Source of the DNA: an uncultured SAR116 cluster alpha proteobacterium
GTDB lineage: Bacteria > Pseudomonadota > Alphaproteobacteria > Puniceispirillales > GCA-002684695
Assembly: GCA_902532475.1 (NCBI GenBank)
Contig: CACAIE010000006.1
Coordinates: 1,569 to 65,568 of the forward strand
Length of the DNA: 64,000 nt
Direction of reading: 5' to 3'
The translations under genes and the position numbers were made by a program. The notes beneath the pieces were generated by a model. The model was not told where the DNA came from and ran no database searches. It saw only the letters and a list, made by a program, of their open reading frames with translations. Position 1 is the first letter of the stretch; each line of letters opens with the position of its first letter. Below, one piece after another: positions 1-10,027 of the stretch.

Positions 1-40
1 TATGTTTTTTCTCATTAATTTCTGTTTCAGAAATTGACAT
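1..40 (-). CDS. 5' end of a gene running off the window edge (MSISETEINEKKH...)
   Basis: ATG at 40-38 on the minus strand, open to position 1; divergent from the aldolase gene across an AT-rich gap. Confidence 0.45.
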   Translation of the reverse strand, partial: MSISETEINEKKH

Positions 41-196
41 TTTATAAAATTCGTAAGCAATTGTTTATTAAGATAATATTACAAATATAAATATTTTATT
101 GCAATACTGAAATAAAGTTTAAAATTTATTGAAGAATCTTAAAAAAAATGACAGAATTTATAAATTACATAAATTTTATTTTATAGGTATATAACT

Positions 197-910
197 ATGG
201 GACATTTAGATGAAAAAAGACAGCTTGCCGCTGCTTTTAGATGGTTTGCCCGTTTGGATATGAATGAAGGTGTAGCAAACCACTTTAGCTTAGCAGTTTC
301 TGATGATGGACAAAAATTTTTAATGAACCCAGTTGGTAAATATTGGTCAAAAATCAAGTCAAGTGATATCTTGGAATTAGATGCCAGAAATGAACCAGAA
401 AACATTGGCCCGGTTGTGGATGAAACAGCTTGGTGTATTCACGGCGCTATTCATAGAAAAGTTCCAAATGCTCGGTGCGTTATGCACCTTCACCCCAGAT
501 ATTCTACAGCCCTATCATGTCTTAAAGATCCAAAGTTACCCGCTCTAAACCAAGAAAGCATGATGTTTTTTAATAGAGTTTCCTACGATTTAGAATTTGG
601 TGGTCTTGGAGTTGGTGATGAAGGTGAAAGGATAGCAAGTAAAATTGGAAATAATTCTATACTTATGATGGGACAACATGGCATTCTTGTTATAGGATCA
701 AGTGTAGCTGAAACTTTTGATAAAATGTATTATTTTGAAAGGGCTGCGAGGATATATATTACTGCACTCCAAACAGGCAAAGAATTGATATTTTCCTCAG
801 ATGAGATTGCAGAAAAAACAGCCCAACAATCTGAAAATTATTTTTCAGACCTCCACTTTAATGCTGTTCTTGATGTTTTAAATGAGGAAGAACCCGAGTA
901 TCTTAATTAA
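197..910 (+). CDS. Class II aldolase/adducin family protein
   Basis: EGVANHFS, IHGAIHR..P..RCVMHLHP and MGQHG Zn-binding His motifs. Confidence 0.9.
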   Translation: MGHLDEKRQLAAAFRWFARLDMNEGVANHFSLAVSDDGQKFLMNPVGKYWSKIKSSDILELDARNEPENIGPVVDETAWCIHGAIHRKVPNARCVMHLHPRYSTALSCLKDPKLPALNQESMMFFNRVSYDLEFGGLGVGDEGERIASKIGNNSILMMGQHGILVIGSSVAETFDKMYYFERAARIYITALQTGKELIFSSDEIAEKTAQQSENYFSDLHFNAVLDVLNEEEPEYLN

Positions 911-982
911 TGATAATAAAGGATTTTTCCATTTTATTGAAAATTCTATCGAGAAGTATTTAGCACTTGATCCTTAAGTGGG

Positions 983-2626
983 TTAAGATTTAAATGGTGT
1001 TAAATTTGACCGGGGCAAAGGATCTTTCCCTAGTATCATGTCGGATGCTTTTTCTCCTGCCATTATACTTGGAGCATTAATATTCCCATTTGTTATTCTT
1101 GGGAAAATTGACGCATCTACAACTCTCAAATTTTGGACGCCAATAACTTTGCATTCCGGATCAACGACTGACATAGGATCATTGATACTTCCCATCTTCA
1201 TTGTTCCGCAAGGGTGGTAAGCACTTTGAGCTTTTTCTCTGATAAATTCATCTATATCATTATTTGAAACTTTTTTATTTCCAGGTTGGATTTCTTTACC
1301 ACAAAATTTTGATAATGAGGGTTGATTTAAAATTTTTCTTGTAATTTTAATACAATTTCTAAAATCCTCCCAATCATCTGGATGACTCATATAATTGAAT
1401 TTAATTTCTGGTTTCAATTTTAGATTATTGCTAGTAATGCGAACCCAACCTCTTGATTTAGACCTCATTGGCCCTACATGAAATTGAAATCCATGACCTT
1501 TAATAGCAGAGCTCCCATCATAATTAATAGCAACAGGCAATAGATGGTATTGAATGTCTGGATAAGGAATATTACTTTTTGAACGAATAAATCCTAATGT
1601 TTCAAAATGATTTGTTGCTCCTAAGCCAGATTTAAATAAAAGCCATTGCATTCCAATAAAGGCTTTTGAAATTGGATTCATATGTTTGTATAAAGAAATA
1701 GGTTTTTTACTTTCAACTTGAAAGTATACTTCTAAATGGTCTTGAAGGTTTTCACCTACACCAGGTCTATTTTCTATTATTTCAACATTATTTTTTTTAA
1801 GTAGTTTTGATGGTCCAATTCCAGAGCGCTGTAATATTAAAGGACTACTAATACTGCCAGCAGAACAGATAATTTCTCTAGATGCATAAAGTGTTTTATT
1901 GATTCCATTATGATTAAATAAAACACCTTTTGCTGTTTTATTTGAAAAAATTATTTTCTCTACAAGGGCGTTTTTGAATAATTTTAGTTTAGTTGATTTT
2001 AGCGCAGGCCTTAAATAAGCGTTTGCAGTTGACCACCTTCTACCTTTCCATATTGTCATGTCGGCGGGTCCAAACCCGTCCTGCTGATAACCATTATAGT
2101 CCTTTGTTGTTAAGAAACCTGCCTCACTAGCAGCTCTAACTACAGCATCGTGGAGAGGGTTCTCTCTGATTCCTTTAGTGATATGTACAGGGCCACTAAT
2201 TCCTCTCCAACCCTGTTCACCCCCATGTGAATTTTCTTGTCTTATAAAATAAGGTAGAACGTCAGAGAAACCCCAGCCTTTTGCACCACTTTTTTCCCAA
2301 TAATCAAAATCACAAGCATTTCCTCTGACATAAATCATTCCATTTATTGAAGAGGATCCACCAATCACTTTTCCTCTTGGGCAGGCTAACTTTCTTCCAT
2401 TGAGGTGAACTTCAGGTTCTGAGGTATAACCCCAATTATAACGTTTCATATTCATTGGATAAGACAAAGCAGCAGGCATTTGTATTAATGGTCCAAAATC
2501 ACTGCCGCCGTACTCAAGAAGCGCAACTTTATATTTTTTTTCTTCAGTTAATCTGAATGCTAACGAAGAACCGGCAGACCCTGCACCAATAATTATGTAA
2601 TCAAAAGTACTAATTTTTTTCTCCAA
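983..2626 (-). CDS. betA: Choline dehydrogenase (GMC oxidoreductase)
   Basis: GAGSAG FAD motif, IQMPAALSYPMN, PRGKVIGGSSSINGMIYVRG, AYHPCGT, ITNGNINAPSIM; TTG start. Confidence 0.93.
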   Translation of the reverse strand: MEKKISTFDYIIIGAGSAGSSLAFRLTEEKKYKVALLEYGGSDFGPLIQMPAALSYPMNMKRYNWGYTSEPEVHLNGRKLACPRGKVIGGSSSINGMIYVRGNACDFDYWEKSGAKGWGFSDVLPYFIRQENSHGGEQGWRGISGPVHITKGIRENPLHDAVVRAASEAGFLTTKDYNGYQQDGFGPADMTIWKGRRWSTANAYLRPALKSTKLKLFKNALVEKIIFSNKTAKGVLFNHNGINKTLYASREIICSAGSISSPLILQRSGIGPSKLLKKNNVEIIENRPGVGENLQDHLEVYFQVESKKPISLYKHMNPISKAFIGMQWLLFKSGLGATNHFETLGFIRSKSNIPYPDIQYHLLPVAINYDGSSAIKGHGFQFHVGPMRSKSRGWVRITSNNLKLKPEIKFNYMSHPDDWEDFRNCIKITRKILNQPSLSKFCGKEIQPGNKKVSNNDIDEFIREKAQSAYHPCGTMKMGSINDPMSVVDPECKVIGVQNLRVVDASIFPRITNGNINAPSIMAGEKASDMILGKDPLPRSNLTPFKS

Positions 2627-2694
2627 AAAATCAAACTAGAAAAACTATATCTAAGAATTTAAATTTTATCATGTTAATTATGTTTAAGAAGATT

Positions 2695-3855
2695 TTAACG
2701 AGTTTTAAGAACTGAATCTTTGATTATACTTTCAAGTTCATTAATGCTTGCAACCCTAGGGTTAGTAAGTGCAGCGGCATCCTTGTTTGATTTTATAGCC
2801 AATTCATTAATTTTATCATTTTTGACGCCAATCTTGCCAAGACCATCTGGAATTTCTAAATCGTCCAATAGATTACAAATATTAGAGTAAAGATCATCAA
2901 ATTTACCAGGTTTCTCGTATAATGCGAAATGCATAAAGTTGATTTTTTGAGATATTGCATTTTTATTAAATTGTAAAATTTTGGGCAACAAGATAGCATT
3001 AGTAAGGCCATGTTGTGTGTTATATACTGCCCCTACCATATGGCTAATTGCATGGACTAACCCTAATCCTTTAAGAAATGAAATGCCTGTTAAACAAGAA
3101 CCAATTAACATGCCGCCTCTAGATGCAATATTATCAGGGTTTTGATAAACTTCTGATAAATGACTGCCAATCAACTTTAGCCCTTCAAGGGCCATCCCAT
3201 CTGCAACGGAATACAAAGAATTAACACTATAAGCCTCTATTCCATGAACCAAGGCATCCACACCTGTCCAAGCAGTTAAAGGTTTTGGTAAGCCTAACGT
3301 TAATTTAGGATCTAAAATAGCAGCTATGGGCTTTTGATTTGGGTGCCAAATGCATAGTTTCATACCTAATTCAGAATTAGTGATCATTGCTGTGCTTTCA
3401 GTTTCAGCTCCTGTTCCTGCTGTAGTAGGGATACAAATAAGTGGAGGAAAGTTGTTTAATTTAGTGATTGGAGGTTTGTCATAATCAAATTCCCATAACC
3501 CTTGAGGGTTATTAGCAATAAGGCTTATTGCCTTACCACCATCCATGCCAGAGCCACCACCAATAGCTATTATAGAGTCATGACTTCCATTTTTAAAAGC
3601 AAGTTTGCCATTATTAATTTCTTTATCCAATGGATTAGGACTTATTTCTGAAAATAAATTACATGTAATATGTGAATTATTCAGATCTTTAAGAAGGCCA
3701 TTTATAAAAGGTAATGTTTTAGTTCCTCTATCAGTCACAACTAATGGCCGTTTTAGGTTGTTTAGTTTACATAAATTAGGCAACTCTTTTATTCTGTCTG
3801 GGCCATAATAAATTGGGATAGGAAAAGACCAATCGGTATTGCTTAAAAAGTCCAT
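2695..3855 (-). CDS. Iron-containing alcohol dehydrogenase
   Basis: GGGSGMDGGK, PTTAGTGAE, DALVH, HAISH, HG metal/NAD motifs. Confidence 0.92.
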   Translation of the reverse strand: MDFLSNTDWSFPIPIYYGPDRIKELPNLCKLNNLKRPLVVTDRGTKTLPFINGLLKDLNNSHITCNLFSEISPNPLDKEINNGKLAFKNGSHDSIIAIGGGSGMDGGKAISLIANNPQGLWEFDYDKPPITKLNNFPPLICIPTTAGTGAETESTAMITNSELGMKLCIWHPNQKPIAAILDPKLTLGLPKPLTAWTGVDALVHGIEAYSVNSLYSVADGMALEGLKLIGSHLSEVYQNPDNIASRGGMLIGSCLTGISFLKGLGLVHAISHMVGAVYNTQHGLTNAILLPKILQFNKNAISQKINFMHFALYEKPGKFDDLYSNICNLLDDLEIPDGLGKIGVKNDKINELAIKSNKDAAALTNPRVASINELESIIKDSVLKTR

Positions 3856-3930
3856 ATTTCTCTCAAAATTAATCTTTTTTTAAGTAAAACATTGAATATC
3901 AAAAGTAAATAAATAACTTTTTGAATGAGT

Positions 3931-4851
3931 TTAGTGAAGTTTTTTTGAAGTTTCGTCTTTTATAGAAAGTTTTTTCTCTCGCCATATAATTATTAGACCT
4001 GATAAAACTATTCCAATAACACCTGGAAAAAGTTGACTAATGGGTGCCTCACTGAAAAATACCCATCCTAGCAAAAATGAAGATGGTATTCCTAAATATT
4101 CAAAGGGGGCTAAAGTGCTTGGAGAAACAAGCCTATAGGCATAGCTAAAAAGAATTGAAGCCAAGCCGCCTAAAATACCTATTAAAATCATAAGTCCCCA
4201 ATGTGAATTATTCTGGATATGAGAATACTCAGTTGTTGATAAAAGAATTAAAAATGATCCTAAATATGAAAAATTTATAGAATAAAAATTGATTTTTGCA
4301 CTTGAAAAATTTTCTGGAATAAACTTTAGAACAATATTTGAAATTGCCCAAAATAAAGCAGCTAATAATGGTAAGATAGAATAATAATTGAACACTTCAC
4401 TTGTTGGGTTCATTATGATTAACACCCCTACAAAACCAATGATGATTGCTGACCATCTAAAAATCCCTATTCTCTCCCCCAGGATGACTATAGATAAAAT
4501 TACAATGAATATTGGTGAAGAAAATGTTAACGTTGTTGCTGTTGCAAAGCTCATATTAATGATGGAAATATAATAAAAAATTTGCATTAGCACAAAACTA
4601 ATTCCTCTCAAAAAACAAAGAAGTAGAAATTTTTTGGTTATATCTTTGAAAATAAATGATATTTCTTTTGTTAAAATCAAAAGGAATAAAATTGGAGCTA
4701 TTGCAAAAAAATTTCTAAAAAAAGCTAATTGTGTCGTTGGGTATAAGTTTCCTAACGACTTAACAATAACACCATAGAAATCAACAAAAACTATACCCAA
4801 TAACATGGAAAGTATTGCTAAAAAAACTTTATTATATTTTTCTAAAAAAAT
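3931..4851 (-). CDS. DMT/EamA-family transporter; start probably ATT at 4851, first ATG at 4806
   Basis: About 10 hydrophobic helices, LGERIG..RW and LAPFEY motifs; the frame stays open upstream of the ATG and GAAGG lies 7 nt before ATT 4851. Confidence 0.85.
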   Translation of the reverse strand: MFLEKYNKVFLAILSMLLGIVFVDFYGVIVKSLGNLYPTTQLAFFRNFFAIAPILFLLILTKEISFIFKDITKKFLLLCFLRGISFVLMQIFYYISIINMSFATATTLTFSSPIFIVILSIVILGERIGIFRWSAIIIGFVGVLIIMNPTSEVFNYYSILPLLAALFWAISNIVLKFIPENFSSAKINFYSINFSYLGSFLILLSTTEYSHIQNNSHWGLMILIGILGGLASILFSYAYRLVSPSTLAPFEYLGIPSSFLLGWVFFSEAPISQLFPGVIGIVLSGLIIIWREKKLSIKDETSKKLH

Positions 4852-4893
4852 GAGAATGCCTTCAAGTATAACTAAATTTAAAATTATAGAATA

Positions 4894-5190
4894 TTAATTT
4901 TTGATTTCTAAATCAATACCAATACTGGAACCTCTTGAACTGCTAAAACCAAAATATAGTTTTGGAAAAATGGTTTTCTTATTAAGGTTAGAATTTTGCT
5001 TAGTAAAGTTTATTTCGAAAGGGCACTTTTCATCTCTATTAAACATTAAATATTTTTTGTTGCTTTCACATTTATAAAAACATTTAATTTCATTCAAAAT
5101 AATTTGAGTTTCAGATAAATGACAGCTTTCAGAGAAAACAGAAGTAGGAAAGCAAATTATAAACGAGATAATAAAAATTAATAATTTCAA
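4894..5190 (-). CDS. Small secreted hypothetical protein with Cys residues
   Basis: Signal-peptide-like N-terminus (MKLLIFIISFIICFPTSVFS) and four further Cys; TTG start. Confidence 0.6.
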   Translation of the reverse strand: MKLLIFIISFIICFPTSVFSESCHLSETQIILNEIKCFYKCESNKKYLMFNRDEKCPFEINFTKQNSNLNKKTIFPKLYFGFSSSRGSSIGIDLEIKN

Positions 5191-5211
5191 GATTTAGTTT
5201 CTTGATATTTA

Positions 5212-5415
5212 TTAATATTCACAAATTGATCCAATAGAGCCATCTATATTTTTTTGTTTGAAATATATCTTTTTATCAATTGTAAAAGCAAAACCACTAT
5301 CTTTTTCTCCAGAAGTACACGATACTTCACCAATATACTCCCAGTTAGGGTTGTCATTTCCAATATCTGTCATCACAAATCCAAATATTGACATACTAAC
5401 TAATAATGTAAACAT
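5212..5415 (-). CDS. Small exported or membrane-anchored hypothetical protein (about 67 aa)
   Basis: AAAGGAAG RBS before ATG 5415; hydrophobic N-terminus; two Cys. Confidence 0.6.
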   Translation of the reverse strand: MFTLLVSMSIFGFVMTDIGNDNPNWEYIGEVSCTSGEKDSGFAFTIDKKIYFKQKNIDGSIGSICEY

Positions 5416-5542
5416 TTTATAACTTCCTTTAATTATTTTCATATATTTTGTATTATTAAATCTAGGCAAAAAATTCTCTTAAATAAGGCAATTTTGTGTA
5501 TTAATAACGTAAATTAAAAATAAATTGTTATAGGCTAATTAA

Positions 5543-6082
5543 ATGAAAACTATAATTGCTTTAATATTGTCATTGATTTCAACCAATGTTTACGGTGATA
5601 CCGTTGTGGAAAATTTTAACTCAAATCCAGGGAATCGCTGGCAGTTTTTTACTGACCAAGTTATGGGAGGCAAGTCTAATGGGAAGCTAGAGTTTTTTTT
5701 TGAAGAAAATGACCATTTTGCAAGAATGACCGGGGATGTTTCAATTAAAAATAATGGTGGTTTTATTCAGTTTAGAACGGACATAATTAAAAAATTAGAT
5801 GATAGTTTTAAAGGTATTAAACTAAAAGTTCGTGGTAATAATCAAAATTATTTTATTCATATAAGAACAACGGGTTCGGTCTTACCATGGCAATATTATG
5901 ACAAAGAGTTTTTTGCCTCAAATGAATGGAGTGAGGTTGAATTAAAATTCACAGATTTTAAAAAATCTAGTACTTTTATGAGAAAAAAATTTAAAGCTTC
6001 TAGTGTTAAAACTATAGGCATTGTAGCTTATGGCAGAGAACATAAAGCTAAAATTGAAGTTAGTGAGATTTCTATTTACTAA
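5543..6082 (+). CDS. CIA30 family protein (complex I intermediate-associated protein 30 domain)
   Basis: W.FFTDQVMGGKS, GDVS..NNGGFIQFR, LPWQYY motifs; signal peptide. Confidence 0.88.
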   Translation: MKTIIALILSLISTNVYGDTVVENFNSNPGNRWQFFTDQVMGGKSNGKLEFFFEENDHFARMTGDVSIKNNGGFIQFRTDIIKKLDDSFKGIKLKVRGNNQNYFIHIRTTGSVLPWQYYDKEFFASNEWSEVELKFTDFKKSSTFMRKKFKASSVKTIGIVAYGREHKAKIEVSEISIY

Positions 6083-6091
6083 GAAAATTTA

Positions 6092-6544
6092 ATGATGAAC
6101 TACGATATACTATTTCTACATTTGGATCATTATAAAAAATGGTTAAACTTATATTACAAATACGCTGAATACTATCAAGTAGAAGTTCCTGAAAATAACT
6201 TTAACCTTACCTGGGAATGGCTTAATGATATAAATCATCCCTTGAGAGGTATAGTTGCTAGTTTTGAAAACTCTTTAATTGGCTTTGCACATTTTCGATC
6301 AATGCCAAGTCCATTAGATTCTTGTAACATTGGGTTTTTAGATGACTTATATGTATTGCCAGAATATAGAGGAAATAAAATTGGTCGCTCTTTGATAGAA
6401 AAGGTAAAAAAAGAAGGTGAAAAACAAGGTTGGCCTTATATAAATTGGATTACAAAAGATGATAATTATCCTGCTAGAACCTTATATGATAAAATAGCCA
6501 ATAAAACTGATTGGAACTATTACGAACTTATAGTTAAAGAATAG
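6092..6544 (+). CDS. GNAT-family N-acetyltransferase
   Basis: FLDDLYVLPEYRGNKIG acetyl-CoA motif, W.T..DN..AR.LYDK. Confidence 0.9.
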   Translation: MMNYDILFLHLDHYKKWLNLYYKYAEYYQVEVPENNFNLTWEWLNDINHPLRGIVASFENSLIGFAHFRSMPSPLDSCNIGFLDDLYVLPEYRGNKIGRSLIEKVKKEGEKQGWPYINWITKDDNYPARTLYDKIANKTDWNYYELIVKE

Positions 6545-6549
6545 TATAT

Positions 6550-8574
6550 TTATAAGTCTTTGGGATTTGTATTGATGATATTGTTCACACCTAACTCAAT
6601 TCCTGCTTTATATCCACTGTAAATTGAAGTTGCTATCATTCCAGGTGCAACACAATCACCTACTTTGTTTATTGATTTTATGTTGTTATTTTTAAGATTT
6701 TTGGCATTAAGCAGTTCATCATAAAGAAAATCAATTGGCTCTCTTCTTGTAATAGGGATAACCCAGTCAGCTTGAATACTTTTTACTTTACCAGTGAAAA
6801 CACACTTAATGTTAAGGCTTTTATGGTTTATTTCTGAAATCAAATTATTGGTTATCAGTTCAACACCTCTGTTAATCAATTCAGCATTTGAACGATATAT
6901 TTCTTCAGTAAATGAACCCCATTGCCCCACCCTACCTGCTGGAGTGATTAGACAAACTTTATAACCTATTTGTGACAAAAGATTTGATAAAACTGAACCT
7001 AAGTAATAATGATCATCGTCATAAACCACAACTTTACCTTTTGGTAACTTATTGTTTTTAAGAACAAAATCTGGGTTTATAACTTTTGAATTTTTATCAA
7101 CTATTATTCGGGAGTTAAGGTTTTTACCAATGCCATCTGTAGTCCATTTTGCTCCTGTTGCAATCATGACATGATCTGGATTTACCTCAAAAATATCATC
7201 GACTTGCATATTACTTTGCAAAAATACTTCTATATTTTTAATTTTATTTATTTGGGATAATCTCCAGTCTTTAACTCGGGACCATTCTGATAATCCAGGT
7301 AACTTGCACTCTAAGTTAATCCTTCCCCCAAGTTTATCTTCTTTTTCAGCGAGTAATACATTAAAGTTTCTTTCACCAAGAACTCTAGTTGTCTCTAAAC
7401 CTGCAGGTCCTCCACCAATTACAAGGACAGTTTCTTTTCTGTTTTGTTTTTTTATTTTTTCAGGGTGCCATCCTTTTCTCCATTCCTCTCCGATAGTTGG
7501 GTTTTGAGTACAACGAATAGGAACCCCTATTGAATTATGTGCGTAACAAATATTACATCCAATGCATTCACGGATATCTTCATAACGTCCATCACGAATT
7601 TTATTTGGCAAAAATGGATCAGAAATAGAAGGCCTCGCAGCTCCTACTAAATCTTGGATATTCTTTTTTATTACATTTGCCATAGTATCTGGAGAGGTAA
7701 ATCTTCCAACAGCGACTATAGGTTTACTAGTTATTTGTTTTGCTTTTGCAATATTTTTCTGCAGTGAGCCTTCCTTAACAAATCTTGAAGCGCCCATTTC
7801 AATTTCGTAATCGGGAACTGTTAAGTCCCAAAAATCAGGGCTTTCACTGAGGATAGAAAAAGCATCATATGTTTCTGGATCATTTATATCTACAGAAAAA
7901 CGAACAGCTACAGCACATTTATCTTTAACAGCTTCTTTAGTTGTATTTACAAGTTCTTGAATTATTCTGACTCTGTTTTCTAGAGATCCTCCATATTCAT
8001 CAGACCTGTTATTCGTTTTTGAATTAAGAAACTCAGAGATTAAATACCCGTGAGTTGCGTATACATATACAATATCAAACTCAGCCTCTACAGCTCTCAA
8101 AGCTGCTGCTTTTTGCCAATCAATAATATCTTTAATATCGGATTTATCTATTTTCCTACTTTGGATAGGATGGTAAACATCAATGTTTGTAATAGGTCTA
8201 CTCATTAGTCCGATTGGAGGAATTCGGCTGTCAAGATTGCCTACAAAATTTCCTCCCAACCATAATTCTACACCTGCCAAGGCATTATGTTCATGGATTT
8301 TATTTGTAGTCAGTAAATGAGATTTTATATCATCTTTATTCCATAATCTTGCATATGGATATGGGGCGTCATCTGAAGAAGGGTGAACAGAGCAGTATTC
8401 AGTGCAAACTACACCCCACCCTCCTTCAGCTTTAATTCCTCTCATGGAAGCGAGTGTTTTTGGTCTCGCCCATCCCATACCTGAACAATGTGGAACTTGA
8501 TAAAAACGATTTTTTGATTTCACGGGGCCCAATTTAATTGGATCAAAAAGTATATTATGATTTTTATCTCTCAT
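6550..8574 (-). CDS. Trimethylamine/histamine dehydrogenase-like Fe-S flavoprotein (OYE barrel plus ADP-binding domains)
   Basis: NRFYQVPHC (Cys for covalent FMN), KAEGGWGVVCTEY, YATHGY, CIGCNIC..C 4Fe-4S motif, GGGPAG. Confidence 0.88.
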   Translation of the reverse strand: MRDKNHNILFDPIKLGPVKSKNRFYQVPHCSGMGWARPKTLASMRGIKAEGGWGVVCTEYCSVHPSSDDAPYPYARLWNKDDIKSHLLTTNKIHEHNALAGVELWLGGNFVGNLDSRIPPIGLMSRPITNIDVYHPIQSRKIDKSDIKDIIDWQKAAALRAVEAEFDIVYVYATHGYLISEFLNSKTNNRSDEYGGSLENRVRIIQELVNTTKEAVKDKCAVAVRFSVDINDPETYDAFSILSESPDFWDLTVPDYEIEMGASRFVKEGSLQKNIAKAKQITSKPIVAVGRFTSPDTMANVIKKNIQDLVGAARPSISDPFLPNKIRDGRYEDIRECIGCNICYAHNSIGVPIRCTQNPTIGEEWRKGWHPEKIKKQNRKETVLVIGGGPAGLETTRVLGERNFNVLLAEKEDKLGGRINLECKLPGLSEWSRVKDWRLSQINKIKNIEVFLQSNMQVDDIFEVNPDHVMIATGAKWTTDGIGKNLNSRIIVDKNSKVINPDFVLKNNKLPKGKVVVYDDDHYYLGSVLSNLLSQIGYKVCLITPAGRVGQWGSFTEEIYRSNAELINRGVELITNNLISEINHKSLNIKCVFTGKVKSIQADWVIPITRREPIDFLYDELLNAKNLKNNNIKSINKVGDCVAPGMIATSIYSGYKAGIELGVNNIINTNPKDL

Positions 8575-8816
8575 AAATTAACTTTCCTGATTTCAGTTTT
8601 GCTGTTCTTTTCAATTTCAACAGGATTATAGTGATCAAATTTGCAACATATCCTATAAATTTCGAGTGTTTTTTCAGAAATAAATCCCCTGTTAAAAAAG
8701 TACATAGCTGCACCATAACGGGTATAACCTGATTTTGTAATATTAATAGGGGTGTTTAAAAATTCATATTGAGTAAAATCCTCTTCGGTTTTCAGTAAGG
8801 TTTTTTTAAGAGTCAT
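8571..8816 (-). CDS. Small hypothetical protein (RYGAAMYF...YRICC motif)
   Basis: 4-nt stop/start overlaps with both neighbours; protein-like sequence. Confidence 0.8.
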   Translation of the reverse strand: MTLKKTLLKTEEDFTQYEFLNTPINITKSGYTRYGAAMYFFNRGFISEKTLEIYRICCKFDHYNPVEIEKNSKTEIRKVNL

Positions 8817-10024
8817 TTTCTTAATGGAGGAGTAAGATTGCGTCTGCTTAGTTTGACAAAAGGTGCTTTAACAATAAAGGCTTTCTTCATCATTTTAAAA
8901 TACTCTAATTCTCTTAAAACGTAAATTTCAACCCATAAATTTGATTTAATTTTTTGCCCATATGGAAGCTTAAGGGTTGCTAGTGCAATACTTTTCTTTG
9001 CAGTTGGTGACCATGTTGCTGCTGTAATTATGCCCACTTCCAAATCTTTGTTATGATAAATTATTGCACCATCGGCTGGTTCTTTCCCATCTATTTCTAG
9101 GGCAACAAAGATAAATTTATTTTCATTATTTTCTCGAGCTTTTTGAATTGCAGCTTTGCCATTAAAGTACTGTTTTGTCATGTCAACCATCCATGACATT
9201 CCAATCTCATCGGGTTTTTTTGCTCTATTATTTCTCACCGCATGTTCACTAGTAATGAAATCAGAATTAGCTATTATAAACCCCGTTTCAATTCTAGCAA
9301 TGTTCAAAGCATTAAATCCTATAGCTCTAATTCCTAAATCTTCACCAGCTTTCCAAAGATTATTCCAGACTGCAGTTGATAGTTTGTTAGGTAAAAAGAT
9401 TTCATATCCCAGATCGCCAGTAAAACCAGTTCTAGAAATTAAAATATCATCAGTGACCTTAATCATTTCAAAGGGTTTTAGTTGATCAATAGATTGATAC
9501 CCTGCATTAATTAAAACTGCAGCTGAAGTTGGTCCTTGAATAGAAAGACCTGCAATTAAATTTGTTTCTTCTAAAATTTCAACATTAAATCCTGATGAAG
9601 TATCGATAAACCAGGGTAAATGTCTTTCCTGACAGCAAAGCCTAAAACTAGTATTATTAAATTTAAACAGCGTTCCATCATCCAAAACATTACCCTCGTC
9701 GTCACACCATATTGTATATTGAACGGTGTTATTTTTTTGCTGGCCAACATTCCTTATCGTAAGCTTGTTTAAGAAGTCTTCTGTATCAGGTCCTGTTATT
9801 CTATATTTGATTAATGGCGAAATATCGAACAAGCTTGCTGTTGATCGAATAGCAAAATATTCAAGCTCTTGATCTTGAACTATACTAGCTGCTTTATATC
9901 CTGACCAATCATACCAATACCCTTGTGTCATCTCTTTAGAAAACATTTCGTAAAAAGGAGTTTTTAAAAGGGGTTGTTTAAAATTGTTTTTATTTTCTTT
10001 AAAGTTATTCTTCATAAGCTTCAT
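8813..10024 (-). CDS. GcvT-family aminomethyltransferase / THF-dependent demethylase-like protein
   Basis: EYFAIR...FDISP, DDGT, QGP, SRTGFTGDLGYE, ARIE.G motifs. Confidence 0.9.
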   Translation of the reverse strand: MKLMKNNFKENKNNFKQPLLKTPFYEMFSKEMTQGYWYDWSGYKAASIVQDQELEYFAIRSTASLFDISPLIKYRITGPDTEDFLNKLTIRNVGQQKNNTVQYTIWCDDEGNVLDDGTLFKFNNTSFRLCCQERHLPWFIDTSSGFNVEILEETNLIAGLSIQGPTSAAVLINAGYQSIDQLKPFEMIKVTDDILISRTGFTGDLGYEIFLPNKLSTAVWNNLWKAGEDLGIRAIGFNALNIARIETGFIIANSDFITSEHAVRNNRAKKPDEIGMSWMVDMTKQYFNGKAAIQKARENNENKFIFVALEIDGKEPADGAIIYHNKDLEVGIITAATWSPTAKKSIALATLKLPYGQKIKSNLWVEIYVLRELEYFKMMKKAFIVKAPFVKLSRRNLTPPLRK

Positions 10025-10027
10025 TGA

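Noticed and set aside
8813-10024. Calling it gcvT, dmdA or tdm
   Set aside because: No gcvH/gcvP or dmdBCD neighbours, and it lacks the extra N-terminal domain of Tdm; only the family call is supportable.
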